Below the pieces are notes generated by a model that saw nothing but the letters and a program-made list of their open reading frames with translations, did no database searches and had not been told where the DNA came from. Source: Octopus vulgaris (Eukaryota). Taken from it: 64,000 bases of DNA. Both the position numbers and the translations under genes were made by a program. Numbering within the stretch: the stretch's first letter is position 1; every line of letters starts with the position of its first letter. Shown piece by piece: positions 28,244 to 42,007 of this stretch. Location of the stretch: positions 124,806,001-124,870,000 of the forward strand of contig OX597815.1 of assembly GCA_951406725.2 (NCBI GenBank), in the 5' to 3' direction.

Positions 28244-28690
28244 TGTATGTATGTATGTATGTATGTATGTATGTATGTATGTATGTATGATTGTAAGTAT
28301 GTAGAGCATCAGATAAATCACTTAGTCTTTTGTTACATTCTCTGTATATATGTATATGTGCAGATTTGTATATTTGCTTTATGTATGTATTATCATGCAT
28401 ATAGTTGCATATCTAGACATGCTCGTATATATTTAAATGATAAACTTCTGGAAAGTTTTACAGATCTTCATAGTTCCAGTGATGGATTGGATCTGTAGTC
28501 TTTCTAAATAGCTTTCTCCTTTCTGGTTTTGAGAAGCCTAATTTCTCAAGATTGGTATTTAGGCAGTGTGTTACATATCCTAGGGCCCCAATAATTACAG
28601 TCCCGCTTTGAATAAAAAACTGAACTTGTAATTTGGATTCAGTAAATGCAGATTTCTCAATAGTTCAGCGTAGGTATTCTCTTTTTCACT
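28095..28690 (-). mobile_element. 3' end of an REL-endonuclease LINE (R4/Dong- or NeSL-like)
   Basis: Minus strand encodes VIIGALGYVTHCLNTNLEKLGFSKPERRKL; 3' UTR contains (CATA)n; second copy at 55.6-56.2 kb. Confidence 0.7.
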
Positions 28691-28741
28691 GATCTTCAGC
28701 TTTGTTAACATGCGCTGGGCAGCTATGTATGTATGTATGTA

Positions 28742-28777
<36 letters not shown>

Positions 28778-28830
28778 TGTATGTATGTATGTATGTATGT
28801 ATGTATGTATGTATTATGTATGTATGCATG

Positions 28831-28864
<34 letters not shown>

Positions 28865-29921
28865 TGTATGTATGTATGTATGTATGTATGTATGTATGTA
28901 TGTATGTATGTATGTATGTATGTATGCACGTATGTATGCATGCATGCCTAAATTGAATTATATGTGTATATACAAATTATATTGAACATGAAAAAATCTT
29001 GTATTCTTTCTACAAGGAAATAACAAAAGCTTATCAAAACTATTACATATTGATCATAGTAAAATCTTGTATATTTTTTAAGATACCGCTTGCAGATTTT
29101 ATTTGCGAAGTGCGTGTTGGTGTGTTGTCGTTATGACGATTATAAACATAGAAAATATACCAATAATCATCCGTATAAATATAGGTAGATAATTTTGAAA
29201 CTTTCTGGGTATAAAAGTAAAAGCCATCGAAACAGTTAGCCGGAAATATATGTTCACTCATGATTATTCTTACCCTCCAAAACAACAAAATCAAGTTTGT
29301 TACATTGCTCTAAGCGGAAGTTTTGATGGTAATGTCCCACCAATATTCTTTACGTTATATGTATTCAATAACAGAGTCATTCTCTACGCATATCCAGGGT
29401 AGTTTTTTCTTGTGAATGATATTGTATATTGTATTAGCAACAACGTTATACCACAGTGGGAGGTGTCTCTCCCTGGTGACATTTTTGAGCAGCTGCTCGT
29501 CACGTGTAATATCTACGAAGGAAAAGTTTCATAATCAACATTTTCGGTCAGACTTTGAGGATTTAGAGGGCTTCTCTGCTTTACTGTCTCTTTTATTGAA
29601 AGGGTATTTCGTAAATCTTTCTCCCGCTCTCTTCCTCTCTCCCTTTCTCCGGCTTTGCAAATGCGACTCCGTTACAGTCACGAGTTTAATTGATGCTAAT
29701 GATTCATGTTATAAATTCCATCGTCCTGAAGATAACAGAAAACATTTATGTATAACCACTGTATGTATGCATGCATGTATGTATGTATGTATGTATGTAT
29801 GTATGTATGTATGTATGTATGTATGTATGTATGCATGTATGTATGTATGTATGTATGTATGTATGTATGTATGTATGTATGTATGTTGGTAGGTAGGTAG
29901 GTAGGTAGGTAGGTAGGTAGG

Positions 29922-29992
<71 letters not shown>

Positions 29993-32444
29993 GTAATTTT
30001 GTATGTATGCTTGCATTTGTAAACGGATGTATGCATGCATAGGTATACGAATATCATTGTTTGCATAGATCTGTCCATTTTTATGTATATGTACATATAA
30101 ATATTGCTAGTATTTTTATACGCGTGGATGTACCTACTACGGGCTAAACTTCTGGAAAGGAAATGGTTTACGAATTTTCAGTTTCATTATTTCTTAAAGT
30201 TGTATATTCCTGCTGGTTTTGTGAAAGCCAACTTGTTAAGGTTACTGTTGAGGTAGTTATTTACATAAGCAAACGACTTTGTAATCACGTATATAAATCT
30301 AAATTTAATATGATATACTGTATCTACAGATTTCTAGCTAGTCGGCATAGATATTTACTTTTATCCATCAGTATCCTTTCATATAATGGGTGAGTATGCT
30401 ATTAATACCGTTGTAAATTCTTAAAAGTCTGTCTTCAGGAATTAACTTTTTGCGAATTCCATTGTTTGATATTTGGCCACATAAGCAGATTAGCACATAG
30501 AAGACATTCGACAGAATCTGCATTTAGGTATTTAACCAGCTTACTCATGTTTTTTGTGTGTCAGCTATTTTGTTATTTTCTGTTCTTAGATTTCAAAGTG
30601 AGTTATAATATACCGGATGTTGGTCCAAAGTGGGCTACTCCGATTACCTATGTTACCTACAGTCTGAAGATTCTAACAAAATTGTTATGTATAACCTTAT
30701 GCTAATGATTTGAATGCTTTTCACCTGATGTTCCGTTGCGATAGAAATGTGCAACTTCTCTGAGTGTGTATCTCTGGTATTCAATTAAGAATTCTTAGCG
30801 ATATGCTCCTTTCCAACTCTCAAAATGCTATTTGTCTCTCCTCCACTGAATTAATGCATGAATGCACGTCTACAGGTGGTTGTTTGTAGCTAACCTTGTT
30901 TCTATTTAGATAGAATCTGTCAGTATTATTAAAGTAAAATGTTCTGTTAATGATAAAAAAAATTCGGGGTTTAACATCAATAGCGGCCAACACATTTATC
31001 AACATGTTGGTGCTAACACAATAAACCCGTTTTGGTCTACAGTTTTAGTGTACGCAGAGAGCTTTGAGGACCCTCTATTTTATCCAGACGTCGCTCACTC
31101 CCTGGTTACATATCATTGTTGAAAATGTCATCATGAATATATATTCAGCTATCTCTTGATACCCATAGCGATCTTTGTACGATATCAAAGAAATAGTAGC
31201 CCTTGTTTTACAATCACGTAGAAATATTTACTATAACCAAATTCCCTATATTATTTGAAAAAGGTCTGAACCAGATACATCAAGGTTTTTCTTCGCGTCA
31301 TTCATCTATTTAGCATATAATTTCAGATGGTTTATAAGAAGGCTTTGTCAGGCTGGTGTTTCTGTCGTTCTGTAACTCAATGAAAATGATAATGGCTTCA
31401 CTTCAAGTATATATATTATTACTTGAGAGACTGTTTTTTGTTTAATAAATCTCTACGATATTTTATCTTATCAGAAACACTGCGATTACGTCCTATATTT
31501 ATCATCGAGAAGGTTGCTCAGAGCGAAGGAAGTTGTCAATGACCTTGATTGTGGAAAAAGTCAAAAAGCCTCTAATATCATCGAGGGAGGGAAAGAATCG
31601 TATGATTTCTTATAATCCAACCGGACAACTGTAACCAAATCTCCACCTATGTCGCCCTACACTTGCCATCACAATTTCAGTGATTTCAAGTTGTTCATCA
31701 CATTACGACATCCCTTCATTTCTACCTGCCAATTTAATACGCAGGTAGCTCAGTTTCATTTGATTGAAGAGCTGAACAATCAACGCCGAAACAGACAGAA
31801 ATTCATTTAGTTTATTCGTATATTTTACTGTCGTCTGATTACCGGTATGACAAGGAAAGTAATATTTTTAGATTAGTTTCGCTGAATATGATTTAATAAT
31901 ATTTATTATCTACTCGGTATATATTTCTAATTCCAAACCAAATTAGTTCTAGTTTTAAGATTATAATATCTGTGAATGTATCAATAATATTTGTGTGTCT
32001 GTGTGTGTGAAACATGTATTTATGTATTTATATATAAAATACGAATATATACAATGGAAGTATGTTTATATACGAATTTATGAACAAATGCTAGCTGAAG
32101 GCTCGAGTTAACTTCAAAATCTACATCATTATCATTTATGATCATTTTGTCCGACAAAATTTTTTTCTTTTTATTTCCTTCTTCCACTGGTTGTTTCTTT
32201 TACCATATTCTTTGATATCATATTTTTGTGGACTTGCAAACGTCTTTCTTTATTACATCCTATGACTAAATGCAGTTGTAATAACAGGAAGTAGCGTCAA
32301 AGGATATGAGAAAGGCTGTTTCCTGGCTGTAGACAGACAGTAAACTGAGTCAGAAATCTGTGTAAATCATAACAACAACAATAACAATAACAACAATAAC
32401 AATAACAACAACAACAATAACAACAACAACAATAACAATAGCAA

Positions 32445-34800
32445 AAAATATTTTTCTTATTAGTCACAATGGCTCCGAGGAAAGAGGGACAGTATAAAAG
32501 ACAAGATATAAAGAAGTGGATAGAGTCTAATATAAAACATTTAACAAAGAAAGAGCAAGAAGGAAAACAATAATTCGAACAAAAAGATCCCTCATGGAGT
32601 GGGCGGGGGAGAACAACTTTAAAACCAATCGAAGAAACCCCACTAAATCACTCTGGCCACCAAAAGCAAGTGATCACCCTCCTTTGTCATTTCTTGGTCT
32701 TCAGGCAAATGCAAGAGTAGGTCAGCTTACCCTCACCACTTTTCAATGAATTTACTGAGAAGATGTAACACCTCTTCATCCTTTTTCCTGAAGAGGAAAG
32801 TGTTTGTCTTTAATCCCTTCAGTGTCGTCCACCATACACACTTTTGCCATAGCCCCCAGAGAGAGGAATATTGTTTGCTGTCCCCGGCTAAAAAAAGACA
32901 GCGTGTTCTACACAATGGCTTGGTTGAAAACCGGATCCGAACTATTCACAACAGCTATTGGACTAAACCCAAAAAATCAGCAATATTCAGCCAGTGAATG
33001 AATGTGCAAAAAGCGGATTCGTGCACATCTCGGATAGGTGTGGCTGTCGGCTTTTACGTGTCTGTAGTCTGTCATGAACTCGCAATATACTCCAGTGACA
33101 TGGTAAACCATGATTTCAGGAAATCCATAGTCCCTGGGCCAAAAGTCCCAGGAACATACCAATCAGTTGATTCTTGTCAACACCTTAGGTTTGTCCGATA
33201 ACGTCGTCGCCTTCCTTAACTATAATCTTCTATGGAACTGATAAGTTCCGCTGAACACATCACTCAACTTGTAAAGAAATGTGAGTTCTTGACAAATTCC
33301 CGATGTCAAGCCTTGCTCTTCCCTGGACTCAAGACTGCACCTCTGACAAGGAGACGAATAGTCGAAAGATGTGCCTGACTAAAATATCCTTTCCTATGAA
33401 TTTTTGTAGATTTTGTAGCTCGGAAATCCTGGCGTCACTGGTTGGTACCTCATCTATATCTGTTTCCTTCCAAGCTGACTGCAAGGCCCGTATATTTTTG
33501 TATCTTATTCTGGTTGAACTTTTACATGTTGATCGAAATAAAAGCAATGCAAGAGAGGTCACTGGCCTTCGGCTCATGAAAAAGGTAATCTTTTCTTTCC
33601 AATAACCTGGACCAGCTGAAAAAGTCCATTCTGAAGGTTTTTAGTTGCTCTTGCCTAGCAGACTCTCATTGTAAACTAATCGCTTATGAGCATATTCACT
33701 AAAAGTTCATCTAAGAGAGCTGTTAAAGTAGTCTTTACAAATCCTACTTCATCCGTTTGCGTGTGTGCAGATACCAGTTACTTATCATTTTTAGGTTTCA
33801 GGTCGAAATTTACTATTTGCGTGTTTCCCTGTTGTTTTTGCTGTTTGTTGGTTTTCGTTTTTTTTTTTTTGCTTTGGTTTTGTTTCTGCTGTTTGCGTAT
33901 TTATATGTAGTTGCAGGTTTGGCTCTTTTTTGTGGTTGTAGCAGTGCATTTAGTAGGGATAGTGTAGGTGTCTGGCTGATTGAAGGAAAAAACATTGGCC
34001 CATCAATCTTCCTGCCCTTCAATTCGAAGTGACTTTTCTTCCTTTCCTTTTAACATTTCTTCCTTGCCTCTCACGATGTGGTCTCTGAATCAAACGACAC
34101 TAATGCGGATGGTGGGAGAGGTATGTTTTAACACAAGTGCCTGAGTTTGTGTTTGTAGTTTTTTGGGGGGATGAAGATAGAATGGGAGTTATTAGGATAT
34201 GTTTTGTGACACATCCTGTTGTTGTCATAGGGATTATTGTCGTGGTTTTACCTCTATTGTCGGCTGCATTGCTGCTGCAGCTGTTTTGATGCTGTTGCTT
34301 TTGTTGATGCTACTGTTGTTGACGCTAGTCTTGTTATTACAACCAGCGTCGCTACTGTTGCTATGGTTGTTGTGGCACGCTGCTCTTAATATTGTTGCTG
34401 TTGTGTTTGAGATGTCGGCAGCAGTGGGGGGCTTTCTTTCTTGCAGCTTATACTGCAAACAGAAGGCTCTTACGTGATATCAAGTGCTACATAGATGACA
34501 CCTTAGCCGTCTACCCTCTACGATCATAAAAGTAAGACATCCGAAATTGTGAAAGGGAAGATGGCTTCGCGCTTCTCTAGATCTGTTTGAATCAAGAGTT
34601 CCATACATTTCTCCGACCAGTTCTCCTAGCGCTGCTTTTAAACCTCTAATATTGAAACCGCATCTTCAGTGTCAACCAAGACAGTAGACACTAACCAGCA
34701 GATATTTATTCCTGGTGATACTGTCCTCGTCTTCACTAGATTTAACCCCACATTTCTAAATTTCTAAAAGAGGCTGTACAATGCTCTTTTGCTTTCATCT
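32445..34800 (-). mobile_element. Degraded Tx1/L1-like LINE: ORF1 with CCHC knuckle joined to the ORF2 C-terminus and 3' UTR
   Basis: FMIVEGRRLRCHLCST*YHVRAFC at ~34460-34530; ORF2 tail YPRCAR...KCVWWTTLKGL homologous to 60.4-61.0 kb; tail gagccattgtgactaataagaaaaa followed by (TTG/TTA)n. Confidence 0.7.
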
Positions 34801-35788
34801 TCAAGGTTTGAAATTAATGTCGACAAAGTCAGAGTGTCTGGCATGAGGGATTTTTTATATTTATGTTTATTTATTTATACATTTATTTACTTATTCATTT
34901 GTTTTACTGAGAACGGATTTCAGGGCACCATACTAACCGGGTTTGCTTTGGTTCTACTACCCTTCGACATTTTAGTCCAACGCATTATAGGTTACCGTGC
35001 ACTTAATTTTATTTTGAGCTTTGGGCACTGCTAGATTTATTGCTTTATTTCCTTCAGAATTTGGCCTTTTTAGGCCACCATTTAGTTTTTCAGTGTTCGC
35101 TGTTATTCTTGCTGCACGGGCAAAAGATCTGTACACTTCGCTTATCTGTACACTTCGCTGTCAGTGCTGCAGATATTGCTGCTGCTTTCATAATAGAAGT
35201 GGTGGCAGTGATGGTGTTGCTTCGTACTGCGGGAGCTGGTTTACATATAAAGTTGATGGTGGTGTACTTACTGTTAATAACATTGGCAGCTGACGCAGGG
35301 GTGTGATAATGGTGTTTTATCAGCAAGTGACAGATCGGTTGCAATCAAGGTGGTGGCGGCGAAGCTACTATCCCTGGTCGTGCTGTTGATTCTTTTTGAC
35401 AATTTGTGTTGTTCTTTAAGGTGGTGGTGGTCATGTTTACTATGTTGTTATTGTTGTTGCTGCTGCTACTGCTGTTGTTGCTGTTGCTTGATGCTTTGTT
35501 GTTCGGCATACTTTTGCAACTGCTACTTCTATTCTCAACGTGCATCAGAATAGGGAAGCCATTTTCACTGCAGTGAGATCTTGACTGACAGCTCTCCAAG
35601 GATATTAATTGCAGTCGATAAAGGAACAACTGCTATTATTACTACTATAGATATCTTTAAGAAATGTTTCGTACGCATTGCTAAATTATTTTAAACATGA
35701 TATATGCAATTCTATACATATGTGTGTATGCGTGTACAAATGCATTTCTATTTATTTGCGTATATATATAAATATATATAAATATATA

Positions 35789-36924
35789 TTGGGTTATCCC
35801 ATAAATAATGCGTTTTTCAATTGCATGAACTAAAAGTCGGAGGGGAACGGGATAAACTACTTGCATCAACTTGCTTTAAAAGCTGGTAGTAATTTTATCT
35901 AGTGCTTATTCGTAGTGCAAATTTTGAAGAGTGCAGTTAGATTTTAATAGCCATTTTTCAAAGTTATAATGGAAGGGATAAAGGAGCTTATTCGGCATAT
36001 TTTGCTTTATGAGTTCAATAAAAGCAACAACGCAAAGGAGAGCAACAACGACGAGGACGTCAGGCAAACATTGGTGGAACAAAATCCCATCGTAACTGTT
36101 GAGGAAAGAGCAGAGAAGCTTGGATTTAGTCATTCAACCGTTCATCAACACCTGTGTGCCATCGGAAAAGTCAGAAAATTGGATCAATGGGTTCTTCACA
36201 AACTTTCCAAGTCTAATCGCACGCAGAGAGTGACTGTATGCTCTTCTTTGCTGTCACGTCTCATGAATCGATCTATTTTGCACTGAATAGTGATTGGTGA
36301 TGAGAAGCGGGTTCTCTATAAAAATGTCAAGCGCCGAAGACAGTGGGTAGGGAAAGGAGAAACACCGGCAACCCAGGCTAAAGAAGGTCTTCATCCACGT
36401 AAGATGTTGTTATCTGTTTGGTGAGATATTAAAGGTTTAGTCCACTTTGAACTTTTAAACCCAAACCAAACGATAACAAAGAAGATCTACTGCAAGCAGC
36501 TTGAACGGCTTAAGACAGCGCTAGAAGAAAAACGACTGTCTTTGGTTTCAATACGAAACTTTGTCTTCCATCAAGATAATGCTCGGCCACATACAGCAAG
36601 GATGACATTCCAAAGGTTGGAGCAGTTTGAATGGGAAACGATGCCCCACCCACCATATTCGTCGAACATTAGCCCATCTGATTATCATTTATTCCGCAGT
36701 CTTCAAAATCATTTGGACGGAAAAATTATAAATTATTTAGACGAGGTCAGAACAGCACTAGAGGAGTATTTTTCGTCGTGGACAAGACGAATTTTGGAAG
36801 AGGGGCCTTGCAAGTCTACCAGATAGATGGAAAAGCATCGTGGAAAATGAAGGAGGGTATATTTTAGATTAAAAAAGAACTTTATCGTAATTTTGAAAAC
36901 CGCATTATTTATGGGATGACCCAA
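35789..36924 (+). mobile_element. Mariner DNA transposon, internally deleted, with transposase pseudogene
   Basis: TIRs ttgggttatcccataaataatgcg / cgcattatttatgggatgacccaa flanked by TA; motifs WVLHKL (WVPHEL-like), IGDEK, FHQDNARPH and HPPYSSNISPSDYHLFRSL; in-frame stops. Confidence 0.95.
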
Positions 36925-37067
36925 TATATAAATACACACACACATATGCAAGATATGAGGAGTTTAGGTCAAGGTAACCCAAACTAACAGGTTAGTAAAC
37001 ATACACACTCACACACACACATACATAGATACATACGCACATACACACACATACACATATATATGTG

Positions 37068-37104
<37 letters not shown>

Positions 37105-38429
37105 GTATATATGTTATATGTGTGTATGTTTACCCACATACACGTATGTGTGTATGTATGTATGTATGTATGTATGTATGCATGCATGTATGTATGTATG
37201 TATGTATGTATGTATGTATTACGTTGTCTGCAGCTGTTCCTCACATTGTGTTTAGTGACGATTGTTTGTTCTTCTAGAGTAAATATTGTTACCTGTTTTG
37301 ATCCGGTTAGACCAGAAGTTTTCATCACAGCATCGTTTCAGCCATTAATGGAATTAATTCTAAATTTGCAGTAAAATGTATACAATTAAAACCAGTTTAT
37401 CTTCGTTTTAGAAGAAGCCCATTTTAGAAGACGTATTGATAGAGAAAGAAATGCAAATTCAGAATTATTTTGGTTACGTTGCATCGATTTATGTCAGCAG
37501 CGTCAAGACAGTGATCGGAACTATGGCAATTCTTTTCAAATAGAAGGTGAACCATATCTATTTGATCAATACTATTCCTTTAAAATTTATGCTCTATGCA
37601 CTTGAAATACATTGTAGAAAAGCCATATCAGCTATTTAAAAACGCACTAAAACCGTTTAATTCATTTTAATTTTTTGAGCTGCCAAAAATTTTTTCGCAT
37701 AACTGTAATTTGATCACTGACCTTGAACGCAATTCCAATGAATTGCAGAGTCTCTTCTACGATGCATTTGTTTCACATTCAAGTGTCATATCAAATCGCT
37801 GGCGTGTCAAACACAACTCCAAACTTACAGTCTTATAACAAATTGATATAACATTGGATATACAACGAAGCAAATGCCTTTATAAAATGTATCACGATGT
37901 GACAGGTAGAGATTTAATGCTCAAATTATGCAGTGTCAGCGATTAAAGACTGAAATGGAACTTGTGGAATGCATATGAATACTAACTTCCATGCTTCATG
38001 CATTCATGAGCATTTGTAAAGTTGTTAATCCCAAACATGAATTTTTATTCTTCCCTCACCATTCAGAATATACAATCTATGCTTGTGCGCGTGTGTGTGT
38101 GTGTGTATGTGTGCGTGTATATGTGTGCGTATGCGTGCGTGTGTGTGTGTGTCGAATCACCACAGGATGCTACCTACAGCAACGTTAGTTGATGGTTGGT
38201 TAACATGATTAACTTCCCTCTAATATATTTTCATCCCCAGAGATGGGGGTCTCTATTTTTTTTCTAGCTTTGATTTTTTTTTTTTCACACATGAAGAAAT
38301 AGCAAATTTACAGTTTGTACATTTATGATGAAGAAAATATAAATTTAGTGCCATTTTTTCCCTAAACTATTGAAGAAATACGCTTTGGCATGTTTTACGA
38401 CAGTTTACGATCATTAATGTCTTTTACTA

Positions 38430-38855
38430 GGCGTAAGCATAGCTGTATGGTATCGGAGCAAACATTGCTGTGTCTATGCATGAACGTTCTCGCATAAGAC
38501 AATTACGGAAGCTCGCTATGCAACCACCTTGAGCACGTGTCTAGTAGTATAGCTACAGATCAACCAATGCATTATGGGTGGATTTAGTAACTGAAACTGT
38601 GCGAAGTTAGTTGTGTATGTCTAAATGTATGTCTTTGTGTTTATTTTTGTCACCTACACGACGGTTTCACAGTCGCGTTGGTTTCTTTATTTCCTCGTGC
38701 CTTAGCGGTTCAGCAAAATAGACCGATAAAATAAGTACTGACGTTTTAGAAAGAATATACTTAATGAGGTCGATCTGTACGACTAAAATCCACCAGATTA
38801 GCGTTCTAGCATGGTCACTGTCTAATTACTGAGACAAGTAAAAGGTAAAGATAGA
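38430..38855 (+). mobile_element. Old OR-like SINE (degraded)
   Basis: ggcgtaagcatagctgtatgg...caccttgagcacgtgtc...ttagcggttcagcaaaatagaccgataaaataagtact...gagacaagtaaaag; same family as 8931-9285. Confidence 0.65.
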
Positions 38856-38913
38856 TGACATTTTATAGTTTATACATACATACATACATACATACATACG
38901 TATGTATATATAT

Positions 38914-38965
<52 letters not shown>

Positions 38966-39034
38966 GTATAAATAATATATAAATATATGCATATATACAT
39001 ACATATACATATATATGTATATATACATGCATAT

Positions 39035-39590
39035 ATGGGTACAGGACATAAAAAAACCTTGAACACAATGAGAAACAATAACATAAAAACAAAAACAATG
39101 AAAAGAACTTTTGGGGGAACAACGACAAAAACAGAGAAACGAGACATGCAACATAAAGAATATTCCCCTTCTTCAGTTGTCCCTGTTTCATCTACTCCGT
39201 ATTGCGAAGGCAAGGACAATACGTGACTTCGTTACAACAGTCCTTCCCGCAAAGCAAATTAAATAGAATTTGGAATTTTTTTGCGGAGGGTGAAAGTGTT
39301 AACAAGAACAGGACAGTGAGAACAAGACTGTAAAAACAAACGGTGAGGGCTGTTAAGCCAAGACGATAGAAAAATTATTATGAACGCTAGGAAGACGAGC
39401 TTATGAGAGGAGATAAGCACGTTTTGTCTTTAAGAAGGTAGTGGGCAGAAAGGTAGATTCTCTTTCGTCACGTGTCAGCGACGAGAAAGTCGAGGAGGAG
39501 GAGGAGTGAGAGAGAGAGAGGGAACGGCGAAGAGAAGAATAGGGAAGGGTGGGAGAGAAAACCAGAAAGGATGAAGAATAAGAGAGGGAT
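39035..39590 (-). mobile_element. Interspersed repeat, possibly a Penelope-like pLTR remnant
   Basis: Microsatellite-bounded unit with a CT-rich segment and caactgaagaagggg on the minus strand; no intact HHR core. Confidence 0.35.
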
Positions 39591-40007
39591 ATATATATAC
39601 ATACATACAAACATACCTATATATATATATGGGTGTGCATGAACGTTCTCGCATAAGACAATTAAGATATTAATTAATCTATGGTGAATGCAAATTCTTG
39701 CAAAAATCCAAGACAGTGTAAGGGAGATAACAATTAAGAGTTTGTTAGGTGACCCTCAATTGTGTATTATTTTGAAGTCACGTATAGGCTCCCCTAACCT
39801 CATGTATTCTCACCCATAATGGAGACGATTGCCAGCATTTGTAAGCGGATCGCTTATATATTGTAGCTGTTTTTACGCGCGCGCGCGCAGACAGAAAGAC
39901 GGACAGACAGACACATATCTACTCAATTTATAGGTCACTTTGTTAATCTATAAATTAAGCGTATGCGAATGTGTGTGTGTGTTTGTATATATGTGTGTGT
40001 GTGTTTG

Positions 40008-40038
<31 letters not shown>

Positions 40039-40717
40039 ATTAATTGGCTTCAAAAACAATTCGCTAACAACTCTAAAGCCACAGCCTTTGGGCTTGCAAT
40101 CTATTATGATTTTCTATAAAGTATTTTGGAAATTAAACTAACGATTGCTACCTCATAAATACTATAAAAATACTATGCAAATGTCTATGATTTAATAGTC
40201 ACTTGCACTGAGATTTTCTTCTTACCCTGAGAAAATGTAGTCTGGTCAAATATTGAAAATCCTCGTGTAGCAAGTCATCAATCATCTGAAGGTTATATGA
40301 AAGATTTGCGTTTATATTATCACCGTAGCTATCCAATTTAATTTCCTTTTCTGATAAAGGATGGGTCTAGAAGTAGACGTCAGTGTGTTAGACAGTGCTT
40401 CGGCCGTCAGCCACTCTCCAAAACTTTATTCATGTTTAATTTAGTTGCCGGCTGGAAATTTTGGTTCTAGTGTTTCACAAAATGTTAGAGGGAATGGGTT
40501 TGATTTTAACGTCTTTGACATCTATGCATGCTTCAAAATGCTTATAAACATCCGTGTATGTAAAGTCATGTGTATGGGTGGATATATATGTATATGTATA
40601 TATCTATATGTATATATATGTTTCTGTGTATATACTATATACATGTGTGTGTGTTTGTGTGTGCGCGCGCGCGCGTGTGTGTATATATATTTATGTATAC
40701 ATATATCTATGTATATG

Positions 40718-40783
<66 letters not shown>

Positions 40784-41971
40784 GTATACGTTTCCCTCTC
40801 TCCATATATACTGCATATATGTGTATGTGTATGTATGTATGTATGTATGCATGTGTATACACTTATATATTCATATATACATATACACATTCAGACAAAT
40901 ATACAATGAATACATACAACCATGCATACAGACAATTTATGCTTATACATACGCACACATGCAGGATATAAATGAAACTGGATACGAAATAACTTTTAAG
41001 CAACTCTAAATATTATTTACAATAATTTGAAAAGCAAGCCACAAATTTTCCAACTGCCAAATAGCCAACTGGATAAAAAGTTCGTTTGCTTTAAGTTTAA
41101 TTGCACTTCTAACGGTAACTAGATGTCAGGGTGTAATTCTCTGCTGGGTACTTAATGCAGAAAGACAGAATAGAAAGTATAATTAAACGCTGCCAAACAT
41201 GCCTTTGTTATCTTGCACCGGGTGATCGCTGACAAGACGACGAGCATGAGGGAAATTAGAAACGCAGTGGTTCCCAATGCTGCATAAATTTGGTTGTAAC
41301 GTTATATGTATACACCGTTCAAAATTGGTGGTTGTATAGACTGCTTGTTTTTGAGCAGGTATAATAGGTGACTGGGAAAAGCACTGGCATAGAAATAGAC
41401 ACACAAGCGCACACACGAACACATATGCATATAAACACACACAGATAAACACACACGCACACAGACGCACACTCATAAGCACACACACACACACATATAT
41501 ATGTAGGTATGCATGTTGCATACAAATACATAAACTTGCAAGTATGTGTGGAACGTGCAAACGAAGTTCAAATACATGCTGTGTTCAAGGAAAATTGTAT
41601 AAATCAATATGCAGAGAGAAGTTGCATAATTTCGAATGTCTGCGACACATAATATTATAATAAATAACTTCGTCTCCTATGTGTTTGTATGTGTGAAGAT
41701 GTGTGTGTGTAAATATGTATGTGTGTATATATATGTGTGTGTATATGTGTGTGTGCGCGCGTGTGCGCGCTTGTTGTGAGTGTAATGAAGGGAATTGTTT
41801 GGATTTATTCATTACACATTCTGCTATAACCGGTACCTTTTATGAATTGTTTATTTTATAAATTTAGTTAGCTACCGGTCATAGCAGAATATTTAATGAA
41901 CAAACACAGACAATTGCACTACATTAGACAAAACTACATAGACACATATATTCACATATATACATACACAT

Positions 41972-42003
<32 letters not shown>

Positions 42004-42007
42004 GTAT

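Noticed and set aside
31470-31615. Short open frame after an acceptor-like ttatcag
   Set aside because: Under 50 codons with no recognisable motif; expected by chance.
34900-35630. Overlapping ORFs on both strands
   Set aside because: Degenerate trinucleotide (GCT/GTT/GGT) low-complexity sequence.
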